From Chiloscyllium plagiosum (lineage: Eukaryota), in the NCBI RefSeq assembly GCF_004010195.1, contig NC_057720.1, forward strand, positions 16,310,478 to 16,374,477: a stretch of DNA of 64,000 nt. The letters are read 5' to 3'. This document shows, one piece after another, positions 12,750 to 25,872 of this stretch. Position 1 is the first letter of the stretch, and every line of letters starts with the position of its first letter. The position numbers and the translations under genes are program-made. Below the pieces are notes generated by a model. The model did not search any database. It was not told the DNA's origin and was given only the letters and a program-made list of their open reading frames with translations.

Positions 12750-13725
12750 GTCATAGAGTCATAGAATCATAGAGATGTACAGCATGGAAACAGACCCTTT
12801 GGTCCAACCCGTCCATGCCGACCAGATATCCCAACCCAATCTAGTCCCACCTGCCAGCACCCGGTCCATATCCCTCCAAACTCTTCCTATTCATATACCC
12901 ATCCAAATGCCTCTTAAATGTTGCAATTGTACCAGCCTCCACCACATCCTCTGGCAGTTCATTCCATACACGTACCACCCTCTGCGTGAAAACGTTGCCC
13001 CTTAGGTCTCTTTTATATCTTTCCCCTCTCACCCTAAACCTATGCCCTCTAGTTCAGGAACTCCCCAACCCCAGGGAAAAGACTTTGTCTATTTATCCTA
13101 TCCCTTCTTAAACAGTGGCCCCAACGTTTGCCAATCTCCAGTCTTCTGACACCTCACCTCTGACTATCGATGATACAAATATCTCAGCAAGAGGCCCAGC
13201 AATCACTCCTCTAGCTTCCCACAGAGTTCTCGAGTACACCTGATCAGGTCCTGGGGATTTATCCACTTTTAACCATTTCAAGACACCCAACACTTCCTCC
13301 TCTGTAATCTGGACATTTTGCAAGATGTCACCATCTATTTCCCTACAGTCTCTATCTTCCATATCCTTGTCCACAATAAATACTGATGCAAAATATTCAT
13401 TTAGTATCTCCCCCATTTTCTGTGGCTCCACACAAAGGCCGCCTTGCTGATCTTTGAGGGGCCCTATTCTCTCCCTAGTTACCCTTTTGTCCTTAATATA
13501 TTTGTAAAAGCTCTTTGGATTCTCCTTAATTCTATTTGCCAAAGCTATCTCATGTCCCCATTTTGCCCTCCTGATTTCCCTCTTAAGTATACTCCTACTT
13601 TCTTTATACTCTTCTAAGGATTCACTCAATCTATCCTGTCTATACCTGACATATGCTTCCTTCTTTTTCTTAACCAAACCCTCAATTTCTTTAGTCATCC
13701 AGCATTCCCTATACCTACCAGCCTT
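12750..13725 (-). mobile_element. Young CR1 (HER1-like) with internal RT deletion
   Basis: ORF 13108-13698 (NPKSFYKYIK, DKSPGPD, EDWRLANV) is fused at about 13103 directly to the 3'-terminal region (NVFTQRVVRVWNELPE) and a (CATAGAGT)-type tail. Confidence 0.93.
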
Positions 13726-14106
13726 GGTGTGAAAAATGTCTCTTCACTTCGATACCTACTACCACCTGGGATGCTGGGAATAGGAATTTGGTTCATAATG
13801 TTTTAACAACACATGCAATTTTCTGAATTTCAGTTTTATCTTAAGGGGATTACTTTAATGGTAAAGTCACAGATCAAAGATTGCAGAGTGCCATCTATCT
13901 CACTGACAAAAATCTACTCAATACAAAGAACATTTTACTTGTACTCTCATATGTTCAATATTAGCAAGAAAAAGATTTGCTCACTCTTACCATAATTCTT
14001 GACATATTTCTTATTTCAATAGTCTGTTATATACTTAATATTGAGCTCTTGAAATTAGCAACTTGGAATTGTACTTTGGTAAAGAAATTTCACTGAAGCT
14101 TTCTAG

Positions 14107-14441
14107 AGCAGCATGGTGGCACAATGTGTGCAGCATGGTGGCTCAGTGGTTAGCACTACAGCCTCCCAGCATCAGGGACCCAGGTTCGATGCCTGCCTTG
14201 GGTGACTGTCTGTGTGGAGTTTGCACATTCTCTCTGTGTCTGCGTGGGTTTCCTCTGGGTGCTCTGGCTTCCTCTCATAATCCAAAGATGTGCAGGTCGG
14301 GTAAATTGGCCATGCTAAATTGCCCATGGTGTTGGGTGCATTAGTTAGGGGAATGGGTCTGTGTGGATTACTCTTCAGAGGGTCGACGTGAACTTGTTGG
14401 GCCAAAGGGCCTGTTTCCACACTGTGGGGAATCTAATCTAA
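14107..14441 (+). mobile_element. HE1-like tRNA-derived SINE
   Basis: A box TGGCTCAGTGG, B box GGTTCGATGC, core tgtgtggagtttgcacattctc, CR1-like tail and AATCT repeats. Confidence 0.9.
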
Positions 14442-14544
14442 ATGGAAGAAATTTAATGAGTATGATCTGAACTCAGAGATAAACTGACTGATGCTAACAC
14501 GTTCAGTGCATAATGCATGGATTATCTAATCTTTTAACGAAGTT

Positions 14545-14935
14545 TTAGAAAGGCTTCAGAAGAGATTTACTAAGATGTTGTCTGGACTGAAGGGCATGTC
14601 TAATGAAGAAAGGCTGAGGGAGCTAAGGCTTTTTTCAATGGAGTGAAGAAGGATGAGAGGTGACTTGATAGAGGTGTACAAGATGTTGAGAGGCATAGAT
14701 AGAGTGGATAGCCAGAGACTTTTTCCTATGGAGGTTCTTTATTCAGAGAGTGGTGGGTGCATACAATGCACTGCCAGCTGTGGTCTTAGAGTCAAATACA
14801 TTAGGGACATTTAAGCAACTCTTCGATAGGCACATGGAAGTTAGTACAATGAAGAACATATGGGTTAGTCTGAACTTAGAGTAGGATAAAAGGCCAGCAC
14901 AACATCAAGGGCTGAAGGGCCCATACTGTGCTGTT
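14545..14935 (+). mobile_element. CR1 3' fragment
   Basis: cagaagagatttactaagatg...gaggtgtacaagatg...gggctgaagggcc. Confidence 0.8.
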
Positions 14936-15296
14936 AAGTTCATTTGCTTTCTAGAGAGTGTTGCTACTCCTCGTGTCATTGGGAGAAAGTAGTCCATTGG
15001 TGACTGCATGCTCACATTGTTGGAAAGTGGATATGGTATTTTGGAAATCAAGACATGAAGATCCCCCGGTTTTTAGGGTAACTGTGCCCTCAACCTACAT
15101 CTATAGTGAATAAAGAATTCACAGGCATGTTGTCAGCATCTTTTCAATATCTACTGGTGTTTGGCAGGCAGGAAGGCATTTAAAAGAAAATGCTAATAAA
15201 GTGTGATGAAGTAGGTCGACATAGAACATCGACACAGGCTTGTGGGGCAGAATGGCCAGTTTCTATGCTGTAATTTCTTTGCAATTTAGACTGCGT

Positions 15297-15690
15297 AAAA
15301 GCAAAATGCTGAAAATGCTAGGAATCTCAATTGTAAAGTAAGAGATGCTGCAAAGCAATTTACATCCGTGAAGAGAGAAACAGAGTAAAGATTTCAAATC
15401 AGTGTGCTTTCATCAGAACTGAATGGTGTTTGTGATGAACAGATTTTTAAGCTAATGTGAAGCCAGGGCAAAGCAAGGGAAGAAAGGTAAAAAATCTACA
15501 ATTGAGAGGAGGCCAGCAGTGATTAAGTGACAGAAGTGATGATGGGACAGGGCCAAATGAGGTAACAATGGGCCAACAAGATAAACAGAAGATGTGTTCA
15601 TCAGAAGCCCAAATAGTCACAGAATATCTGAGAAAATGGAAATGGTGATTAAGGTGGAAGATTGTTGAGCTCTTCATTCAAGCTGGATGG
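15297..15690 (-). mobile_element. Old PLE-type repeat (fourth family)
   Basis: gagagaaacagagtaaagatttca...ttcatcagaactg is the reverse complement of a decayed hammerhead. Related to 18.7, 27.1 and 36.1 kb copies. Confidence 0.5.
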
Positions 15691-16244
15691 CTGTGAATTG
15701 CAAAGAAAATCTATATCACTTTCTATAAGTTACAAAACTGGCAGTTTATATAAAAGTCAAAGTTTCATCATTACCTCGCACTTAAAATGCCATCACTGCA
15801 TTATGTTTGTGAGCTTTTTTGCATCACACTGATACACAACTTTATAAAGTACACAAGATTTGACATTGGACCCATTTCAAGTGATACACAACTCAGGAGC
15901 CAATGATGTTGCATTATCAATTATTCATGAACACTACAAATGGGCAAGTAACTGATATGAGAGATTCAATCCAGCTGGGGAGTGCAGATAGCTTAAGCAT
16001 TAATGGAGCCAACAGGGAAACTGCTCTCAAGTGGGGGATCAGCAAAATGCTCTCTTTGTAGCTGAAAAGCAGGATACAAATAAACACTCCATCCAGTAAC
16101 AGTGGGAAGCCATCAGATGGAGGGTGAATGGAATGTCATCCATCCACTTTCCGTGGAGGAATGTGTGCAACAAAATGTCCCACTGTTAGAAAGGTCTCAG
16201 GATAGGCAAATGAAGATGTTCCCTTATCTTACATTGTTTTAGAG

Positions 16245-16945
16245 GAGGGCAAACATAACATGAAAATACACAGTAAACAGTGGGACACTGAGGACAGTGT
16301 AGGAACAGAAGTGCACATGTCCACCGGCCCTGAAATGTAGCAAGATATATAGATAAATTGGTTTTGGAGGCATATGGGATACATTCCTTTATTAACTGAG
16401 GTGTGGAATATGAGTTCATGAAGATTGTGCTAGAACTGTTTAAAACAGTAATACACAAAGAATGGAGCATGCTGGGATATCACATGCAAGAAGAATTACT
16501 GTAGCCACTAGACAGGGTATTTACAAGGATATTACCAGTAATTAAATATTTTAGTTTTAAGGAAAAATTGAACAGGTCGCAGCTGTTTTGATGGAATAGA
16601 GGAGGCCAAGCAGAGACTTAATTGAGATATATAAAATTACAAAAATCATGCATAGGAAGGGCCTATTTCTCCGAAAGGGAGGTCTTGAATTTACCGTAAT
16701 TTATTAATGGATTCTGGGAGAATTGAGGAGAAATCCAGAGGATGGAGGGCTCTAGAATTCAGTGGACGGAAAGGTGGCAGAGATATAAATCTTCAACACA
16801 TTTAAAAAATACTTGGATAAGCAATTGTAGTATTGTAATACATCAAAGCAAGGGGCCAAGGACTAAAAAGTGGGATTAGGCTGCTTCAGCTAGACACATG
16901 ATGGGCTAAAAGGCCTCCGCCTGTGCCATAAACATTTTATATTTT
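16245..16945 (+). mobile_element. Old CR1 3' fragment
   Basis: Decayed ggcatatgggatacattcctttatt, gagatatataaaatta and atgggctaaaaggcct motifs. Confidence 0.65.
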
Positions 16946-18697
16946 GATATCGTGGATGTCAGAGGTGATAAAGGGTGTTAGACATATTTCTTCTAATACA
17001 TTCATAGAATACATGTCTGGAAGTATAGTGTAAGGATAGTTGAGAAGAATCAGAATAGTTTAGAAAAACTATGCATAGTTGCAAGTTGACAACTAGCAAC
17101 GGCAGGAAAGATGTCGAACAGGCAAGTATTCACAGCGCTCCTCAAGATTAGCTAAGTCTTGTTCCATTATAGCAAACAAATTACTGGGCTTCAGCTTCTC
17201 CTTCACTCTGAAAGATTCCATACGATGAATGCAGAAAACGACAGGTTTGGCAGCATGCAGAGGCTGGTAATGGGACTTTACAAATAAACTCCTAATCCAC
17301 TACATGGAGGCCCTCATGGCCATCAAGAATTTGTGCAGACAACAACGCTTCTTGTTTGCATAATGATTTTGACATTCGTCAGACTATCAACTATTAAATA
17401 TAGCATATACTGTCAACAATAATTGTACCTGAGCTGAGTTACTTCATTATTTGAGCCTCACTGGATCAGTTCTATTTTGCAGCATGCAATGCATTATAGT
17501 TATTCTACCTCTTTCTTCTGAAATAAATGTTGAGGCACACCCAGTGTCCAAGGGTTGGAAATCATTGTTTAAAGGCCCCAGAGGTTCCTTGTCTATTTCT
17601 GTTTCATATATCTGCATCGATGGGGGCTTTTTCTCAAGGGAAATGGGTGTTCTGCAGAGGTACCATCTGTCATGCTCAGAGCAGGCAACCATCGTCTCCC
17701 AGGAGCTGACCTTATATTCGGACTTGACCAGTTGGTGAATATTTCATTGCATCAAGGTGGCTTTATCAGGGACAGTTCCTGGCAGACAAGCAATGGCTCA
17801 AACCTTTTCTCATTTTTGTTAATGGCTATGCATCTGGAGATTAAAAGAACACCAAATTTCTCTTTCAAAGCAAGAGACAGCATATGTATGAATGGCAATA
17901 TTAGAACATGTTTCTACACTGGTTAAACTACCTATCTGAAAACAAAGCAGGCCTATTTCTTTGAGTTTGAAGTGTTTGAAGGATTGGTATTGAATAGAAC
18001 ACAAGGAAATTTGACCTTCTTCAAATTGTTTCTCCTGAGACCCGTCCACCTCACCATATCTTTGCCTATATTCAGGAGCTTCCTATAGAACCTCACCTCT
18101 GCTCCCTGCCTCTACTACAAATGTTTCATTTTTTCCTTTTACGTCTCCTTTTCATGCAGTTATCATAATACTGATTGACATTGTTCATTTGTAAACAAAT
18201 GGCCAAGATCACCCATTCATTTTAGGAATGTCTACACTTCCAATCAGCAGAAGTAAAACGTACCATTAGTATATTTTCCTTGCCAGTGCAAAGTTCCTTC
18301 AAATGTTTATTGAAACGCAAAGCACAATGAAAATTGTATTTGAATTGAACACAATGGTAAGTTTAAATACCTAATTAAAAAGGCTATGGCCGCAAGACAA
18401 TGGGGCTTGTGCTCGAAAATGCAACTAGTGTAGTTTTGGCAGTATGGACTCAATGGGCCAAATGGCCTCTTCTGAATTGTATGATCACCCAAGTAGGTGG
18501 AGTGAGTTATCTGACTGGTTAACGGGTGTAATACAGGCACTGATGAAATTAATAATACCTTGAAGCCTTGGCTCTTTTGGTTATACACTCACCCCTGAAC
18601 AATATGGTTCTTGATCCAAGTTCAAATCCAGGGCTTTAGTACAAAGCTCAAGAGTGATATCCCAATGCAATAATAAATGAATGCTTCATTCAACCAA

Positions 18698-18820
18698 GAG
18701 CCATATTAGACTCAAAATATTAACTCTGTTTCTCTCTTCACAGATGCTGCCAGGCATACTGAGTTTCTTCAGCATTGCTTTTATTTCAGATTTCCAGCAT
18801 TTGCAATATTTTGCTTTCAT
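18698..18820 (+). mobile_element. Old PLE-type terminal repeat
   Basis: ttaactctgtttctctcttcacagatgctgccagg..ctgagttt..cagatttccagcatttgcaatattttgc. Confidence 0.6.
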
Positions 18821-19156
18821 TTGAGTGTTTTGACTTGTTTGGTTGCTCTGAAAATTGTTTTAATAAATGCAAGTCTGTCTTTCATTTTTTTAAAAATATT
18901 TACCTGCATTTTAGGAGCTGTTTTGGAAAAAACTTTGTTGTTATCCCTTTAAATGCTATGTAAATATTCTGGTCAATCCTATTCTGCTGGTTGCATCATG
19001 GATATGGAGACCCAAGTATAGACTTGGCTGTACGCCCATAGATTACACTCAAACAGCCAGTGATAAGTTTAATGGCTGCAGCAGTAACCCTATCTACCAG
19101 CCAGAAAAAGGTTGCAATTCCATTGTAACTATTTCCAATTGATTAATTGCCTCTTT

Positions 19157-19792
19157 TTAGTCATTCATTCATGAGATGTGGGCATCCATGATTAGGCCAA
19201 CATTTATTGCCCATCCCTGATTGCCCAGAGGATGGTTAAGAGTCATAGAATCCCTACAGCGTGGAAAGATTCTTCATCAACCCTTCAAAAAGCATCTCAC
19301 CCACAGCCAGCGCCCCCACCCTATTCCCAAAACCCCACAGTTACCTAGCCTGGCTATTCCTGGATACTGTGGGCAATTTAGCATGGCCAATCTACCTAAC
19401 CTGCACATCTGGGAGGAAACCAGAGCACCGAGAGAAAACCTGTGTAAACACGGGGAGAATGTAAAAATGCCACAGAGAAAATCACCCAGGCCTGGAATCA
19501 AACCTAGGTCCCTGGCACTCTGAATCAGCAGTGCTAACCACTGAACCACTGTGCTGCCCATATTGGATCTGGAGTTATATGTGGGTCAGACAGGGCAAGG
19601 TGGCAAATTTCCTCCCTTAAAGGACTTTAGCATTGCAGATAGGTTTTTAGGGTTGCATGATTGCCATTGATTTTTTAAAAATACACATTTCACTATCTGT
19701 CCTGATGGAATTCGAACCCGTGCCCGTAAAACATCAAGTTAGGCCTCTGGATTATTAATCTAGTGATATTACCACAATGCCACTGCCTCCCC
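19157..19792 (-). mobile_element. SINE (8.0-kb family) interrupted by an HE1-like SINE at about 19243-19560
   Basis: The outer parts 19157-19242 and 19561-19792 are collinear with 8040-8397. The inner copy has the HE1 head (cagtgctaaccactgaaccactgtgctgccc). Confidence 0.8.
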
Positions 19793-20898
19793 TCCATATA
19801 CCCCCAGGCCTTTGGGGACAAATATCTCACTTTTAAGAGCTGCCAGCCAATACATTTTCAGTCCCAGCATTGTGAACAGGATCAGTGATCATCCTGAGAC
19901 TGCAGCACACATTGGAATGAAGGTATCGCAGGAAACCCAGACAGGAGGTAAGTGCAGCGGGCTCACCCTGGTGATTTAAGTTGGTGAAAAGGGAAAACCT
20001 GGTTTATTATGGAGGGCAGGAGTGGGCTTTCAATGGTGGCAGTTCTTGCTAGTGGCCAAGCGCAAGATGGGTTACATAATGCACACTCAGGAGAGTCCCC
20101 AGGTCCCTGACAGGTCATTGACCACTTAAAGGCCTCAACTGGCCTCAGGTCAAGAAAGCTGACATCGATCAACCATCTCCTGACCTCATCATGTTGAGTC
20201 AGGAAGGTGACAAGTTCTCCACTTCAATCAGTTACATCCTGTCCTCACACAATGCCTTCCAGGGTGTGTTATTTGCACCCAACATATTTGTTCAATCAAC
20301 CTATTAGCACAGCTCCAATTTTTCCTTTGGGTGGCTGCAGAGATCACACTTGTGGTAGAAACAGAAAACTTGAATGGATTAAGACAGACAAAGGGGGATG
20401 TCACTAAGAGAAGTTCAAACCTCTGGAAAAACTTTAAAAAGTTGGCGTCATCGACTTGACCCACCCGGTATCCTTCTATTATCCACCTCTTCTTCCAAAC
20501 ATTCCACTCGTGCTCAGAGAGAAAAGATACCACAAATTCCAAAAATGTGGAAAATAACTCAGTAAAATATATAGATGAATAACGGAAAATAACAGCCTTC
20601 AGAAATGTTTGGGTAGCCATTTAACACCCTTATGGTTAATGAGTTATTTCCATTGTCTGCAGGATCTTTGCCCTTTCCTTCAGACTGCCAAAGTATCAAG
20701 TGATTGGGTAATCTACGGCTGGGTTGGATCCTTGATTGCATATTTAATTGCAGCATTCAGCAATTTGAGGCAGTTGATTCCACCATTGCTGAACATCAGC
20801 AGAACAACTGGAAATGTAAAGTAGATAGTTGCCAAAAGGATAGGCCTACTTCCCCGTTACTAACCTCCAGATCCCTGATTATTATCTAAACATTGGAG

Positions 20899-21105
20899 TC
20901 TAGATTAGAGTGGTGCTGGAAAAGCACAGACGGTCAGGCAGCATCCAAGGAGCAGGAAAATCGATGTTTCCTGATGAAGGGCTTTTGCCCGAAACGTCGA
21001 TTTTCCAGCTCCTTGGATGCTGCCTAACCGGCTGTGCTTTTCCAGCACCACTCTAATCTAGACTCTGATTTCCAGCATCTGCAGTCCTCATTTTTTGCCT
21101 AGTCC
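20899..21105. mobile_element. Palindromic PLE-derived element with 11-bp target duplication
   Basis: Arms gagtctagattagagtggtgctggaaaagcac / gtgcttttccagcaccactctaatctagactc. AAACATTGGAG at 20888-20898 and 21106-21116. Confidence 0.9.
20966..21003 (+). ncRNA. Minimal type I hammerhead ribozyme motif
   Basis: CTGATGA (20971-77), A, helix II GGGC-TTTT-GCCC, GAAA (20991-94), palindromic ACGT, predicted GTC cleavage triplet ending at 20998. Helix I is weak. Confidence 0.75.
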
Positions 21106-21254
21106 AAACATTGGAGACCTCGTTGTCAAAGGTTCAGGAGATCTGAAAGTTTGCTTCAGGGATTCAGTATTGGATGAAAGATATCAGGTATTTTGGGGAG
21201 TTTGGTGAGGGATGAGCATGAGGCCTCCACTTTATTTGCCTTAATGCAGATGGA

Positions 21255-21945
21255 AGTCATACAGTCATAGACCATGGAAACAAACACTTCGGTCTAACCA
21301 GTCCAGGTCAACCATAATCCCAAACTAAACTGCCTTTGCCGGACCCATATACCTCCAAACATTTCCTATTCATGTACTTATCCAAGTGTCTTTTAAATGT
21401 TATAACTGTACCCGCATCCACTACTTCCTGTGGAAGTTCATTCCACACATGAACCACTCTCTGTATAAATCTTCCTCCTCTCACCTTAAAAATATGTTCC
21501 CGGGTCTTGAAATACCATGCCCCTCTCCCCCACTCTAGGGAAAAGACACTTGCCATTCATCTTATCGATATCCCTCATGATTTTATAAACCTCTATAAGG
21601 TCACCCCTCGGTCTACTACGTTCCACTGAACAAAGCCCCTGCCTATCCAGCCTCTCCTTGTGACTCAAACCCTTCCTTCCCGGCAAATCTCTTCTGAACC
21701 CTCTCTGTTAAAAATATTCGTCCTGTAACAAGGTAACCAGAACTGGACACAGTACTTCAGAAGAAGACTCATCAATGTCCTGTACAACTTCAACATGGCG
21801 TCCCAACACGTACATTCAAAGGTCTGAGCAATGAAAACACACATGCTAAATGCCTTCTTAACCACCCTGTCTACATGTATTACATCTATTCTATACCTGA
21901 ACTCCTAGGTCTCTCTATTCTATAACATTACCTAAGGAGCTACCT
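21255..21945 (-). mobile_element. CR1 3' fragment
   Basis: FIQRVVHVWNELPQEVVDAG, GDLIEVYKIMR and YCVQFWLP. Confidence 0.9.
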
Positions 21946-23659
21946 GATCTCCTTGGCAAAGCAGCAGCATTGTGGCTGCTGTCTGAGGAGGCAAGTGCGA
22001 CTATTTTATAGAAATTTGAGCATTTTGCATTATTGCCAATTCTTATCAAATGCAAAGATTTTGCCAGCTCCATTATTCACATAACAGAGAAAATATAGTT
22101 TCAATACATGCACAAAATACAACAAACTCTACACGATTTTCATTAAAAGATTAATGAAATCAAATGAATGGAAAGAACAAAGTATCAATTCTTTTTTTAG
22201 AAAAGCCTGCAGCCACAGCAAAATGATAACAAATGGCTATAAACTCATATCTCCTTGGTCTGTTCTCAAGATTATCAAAAAGGGCATATGTTTTGCAAAG
22301 AAGACAAGAGAGCTGCCGAGTGAGTTACCTGTGTCTTTTTTAAACATTCTCCCACAGACAGTGGAGCCAGAGTAACTTGAAAACACTGCTCCTAACGTCT
22401 ACCTTAATTAGTTTGCTATCAGTTTGTAAAGTCATTAATTCTTACGAAGAAAATTCCATCTATGTTGTTCAACAGAACCTGAACTGAATAAATTATCCTG
22501 CCCCCTCTTACGACTTTAGCAGTCCCTTTACATTTCCAGTGCACATTTAGTTCAAAGCCATTAATTGAGCATTGTACTTTTGAATCTAGCTATGCATTGA
22601 CTTCATCCAGGCCTTTCAGTGAATCTAGCTTTGGGATCAACTTTTGCAGAGTGATTTGGTCTATTGCTGAAGACTTTTGCACAGAGGACGAAACAGCAGT
22701 GTAAATAGATTCTGGCATTTTGAGCTCCCATCAACTTCATTCCAATGGCAGAGTCCACTGGACAAATATACATATACAACTCATAAGTCTACATGCTGGT
22801 ATATTTTGGTAACACTCATGCGGCTGTTTTTTTGTCAACTTATGCGATGCACTACCTTACTGACCATTTAAAGTAAAGCAAATTGGCCTTATCAACCTCA
22901 TTACTGCCATAAAACCAATGATTTCCTTCCAGTGTCCCTGGGTGTAGCTATTTGGAGATTGTTTTTCCCTTAAGATCTCTCGAACAGGGTTGAACGGGCA
23001 ATGAGTAATCCTGGGATTGAGGTAATTCTCGTCTAGTGAGTACCCTCTCAGCACTCATTTGTCCAAAGCTCAGCACACTGTAAGAGTGAATCAGATAAGG
23101 TGAGACGCCTTCAGTATATCGTTATGATTGAGAACATTAATTGATAAACTTGTTTTTTTTATCATTCACTCAATTCAATAGAAAAACAGAACAACTGTGG
23201 TATTGCATATCAACTCGTCAATTGTGTTAATCTTCTATTTATTTAGTTAATACTTCTAGTTGTATCAAAGTTAATTAAATTGATTTGTTTATCATTTTTT
23301 GCAGCACAGCAAAATATTGAATTTGTCTTCAACATTTTGCTGCTCCTGGAAGATGTTTTTCAGACTTCTGTCTCCTGCGTTTTCCCTACTGCATGTCAGT
23401 TGTTCAATCCCATTTCATATGTAGAGTAAGTGGCTGCAGCATGTTGCCAATTCACCCTCCTGGGTGCAATTGCCACAGTTGCTGGAATGTTCAATCACAA
23501 GGTTTTCTTTTTGTCCCACGGGTCCTGTTTTTATTAATATATTCATGGGATAGGTACCTTGGATGCAAGAGCAATGTTTAGATAAAACTATTTTCTCCAC
23601 ATAAATGTGACATTTGTGTCCATTTCTGATGTGTTTATTCAGAATGCAGCAGTACAGTA

Positions 23660-23696
23660 ATTCCTGAAGAAGGGCTTATGCCCGAAACGTCGATTC
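23660..23696 (+). ncRNA. Minimal type I hammerhead ribozyme motif
   Basis: CTGAAGA (23664-70), A, GGGC-TTAT-GCCC, GAAA, CGTC (ends 23691). Confidence 0.72.
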
Positions 23697-23789
23697 TCCT
23701 GCTCCTTGGATGCTGCCTGACCTGCTGTGCTTTTCCAGCAACACATTTTCAGCTCTGATCTCCAGCATCTGCAGTCCTCACTTTCTCCT
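23662..23789 (+). mobile_element. Solo PLE terminal repeat
   Basis: Same family as the 38.0-38.7 kb element. AGTAAT at 23656-23661 and 23790-23795. Confidence 0.85.
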
Positions 23790-24747
23790 AGTAATACCAG
23801 GCAGGTCTGTTGCAAATATTGCAGTCATCAACTGCTGCCCCACTACTTGAGAATGACATCTACTTAGCACTGGAGCATTTTGGCATGGGTCTTAATGTGT
23901 TTGAACAGGCTACTCCACAGCATGCTGCTCATTGGGCAGAGAAAGCAATATGTCACACATGAATACAGGATTTGCTTCTTTTTCTTTTCCCACTTCTGCT
24001 CTGCTTCATCAGGAAGGTGTTTGGACTCAAATCATGATGCAGCCAGGTTGCCAACCTGTTGAACAACTGGGTAGTGAGCTCTTCTCAGTCATTAACATCA
24101 ATGGGCCATGGGTCAGGGAGAGCTTGAGAGTATTTTGGAAGCACCTTTTTTTGTTCATCTCTGGAACATTGGCCAACTGACAGGTGGGGGGAAAAAAGAC
24201 TAGTCAGGGAAGATGGTCTGCAGCCAGCTGGATATCATGTCCAGTGCCTTGCAGCTGCTTTTGTAGGAGACTTTTGTCTGAATGCCTTTGGAGCTGTCTT
24301 CACGGAGTTTATTTCAATACTATCTCTGTTTATATCAGCACAACTCATCAGTATTAGGAAAACCTGGTATGTATCCGTTCAATTTGACAGAACTATTTAC
24401 AAAATCAACTTCAATCACATGGACCTTAATCTTTAGTCACATGAATTAAAAACTAATCCAATTACTACCTATTGAAATATGTACTGTAATGACTCAATAC
24501 ATAGAATGATTTATTGATTGACTCTTTGAACCAATGGATAATCATCTCAGTTAGTGCTATTTGCCCACAGCTTTAAGCATTTGCTGTCACAATACGATGA
24601 GAGATCTTGTCAGTGAGAAGTAAAATCCAATCTAGACCCAACCTTAAAGGCTTCATTTTGTCATATTCCACCTTGTCTAAGCCACATTATTGACACTGGA
24701 GATATCGCTGCACTGAATAATTAGAAATTCACAGAAGGGAGTAAGTT

Positions 24748-25036
24748 TAGATTAGATTACTTACAGTGTGGAAACAGGCCCTTAGGCCCAACAAGTCCAC
24801 ACCGACCCGCCAAAGCACAACCCCTACACCTAACACTACGGGCAATTTAGCATGGCCAATTCATCTAACCTGCACATTTTTGGACTGTGGGAGGAAACCG
24901 GAGCACCCGGAGGAAACCCACGCAGACACAGGGAGAATGTGCAAACTCCACGCAGACAGTTGCCCGAGGCGGGAGTTGAACCGGGTCCCTGGCGCTGTGA
25001 GGCAGCAGTGCTAACCACTGTGCCACCGTGCCGCCC
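24748..25036 (-). mobile_element. Young HE1-like SINE
   Basis: CpG-rich near-consensus copy with an (AGATT)n tail. AAGTT flanks both ends (24743-47, 25037-41). Confidence 0.92.
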
Positions 25037-25149
25037 AAGTTGATTGCACAAATATCACTTTTTACATAGATATTCATTCATAGGACATGAGTATCTCGAA
25101 CAAGGTCAGCATTTATTGCTCATTCCTAATTGCCCTTGAGAAGATAGCA

Positions 25150-25872
25150 TATTACAGTGTGGAAACAAGCCCTTCGGCCCAATTCGTCCATACTGATCAG
25201 ATTTCCTCAACTGAACTGGTCCCATGGATCTGTATTTGGTCATATCCCTCTAAACCATGTATCTGTCCAAAGTTTTTTAAATATTATAATTTCGCCTGCC
25301 TCGACCACTTCCTCTGGCAGCTTGTTCTATCTCCACATTACCCTTTGTGTGAAAAGGTTGTCCCTCAGGTCCCTTTTAAATCTTTCCTTTCTCACCTTAA
25401 ATGTATGCTTTCTAGTTTTGGATTCCCCTACCCTGGAGAAAAGACTTTCACTATTCACCCTATCTATGCCCCTTATGATTTTAAAACCTCTGTCAGGTCA
25501 CCCCTCATTCTCCTATGCTCCAGGGTAAAAAGTCCCAGCCTATCCAGCCTCCCCTTATAACTCAAACCTTCCAGTCTTGTAAACCTTTTTTGCACCCTTT
25601 TAATAACATCATTCCTAGATGATGTTTTGCACCTTTTCCAGTTTAATAACATCATTCCTATAGCAGGTTGACCAGAACTGTATTCAGTACTCCAAATGTG
25701 GCTGGACCAATGTCTTGTACAGCTGTAACATGATGCCTTAACATCTGTACTCAATGCTCTGACCACTGAAGGCAAGCATGCCAAATGCCTTCATCACCCC
25801 CCCCCCCCACTATCCACCTGTGATGCCACTTTCAAGGAACTGTGCAATCCTAGGTCTCTCTGTTTGACAACA
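25150..25872 (-). mobile_element. CR1 3' fragment inserted in an older LINE tail (25070-25143 and about 25880-26030)
   Basis: VQKRFTRLEGLSYKGRLDRLGLFTLEHRRMRGDL. Confidence 0.85.

Noticed and set aside
13108..13698. 196-aa ORF as a host gene
   Set aside because: It is the CR1 ORF2 linker region of a deleted element.
14107..14200. tRNA-like A and B boxes here and at 19.5, 25.0, 34.5 and 45.2 kb
   Set aside because: These are SINE heads with no complete cloverleaf, so they are not tRNA genes.
25588..25662. Short tandem duplication inside a CR1
   Set aside because: Ordinary slippage within a dead repeat.
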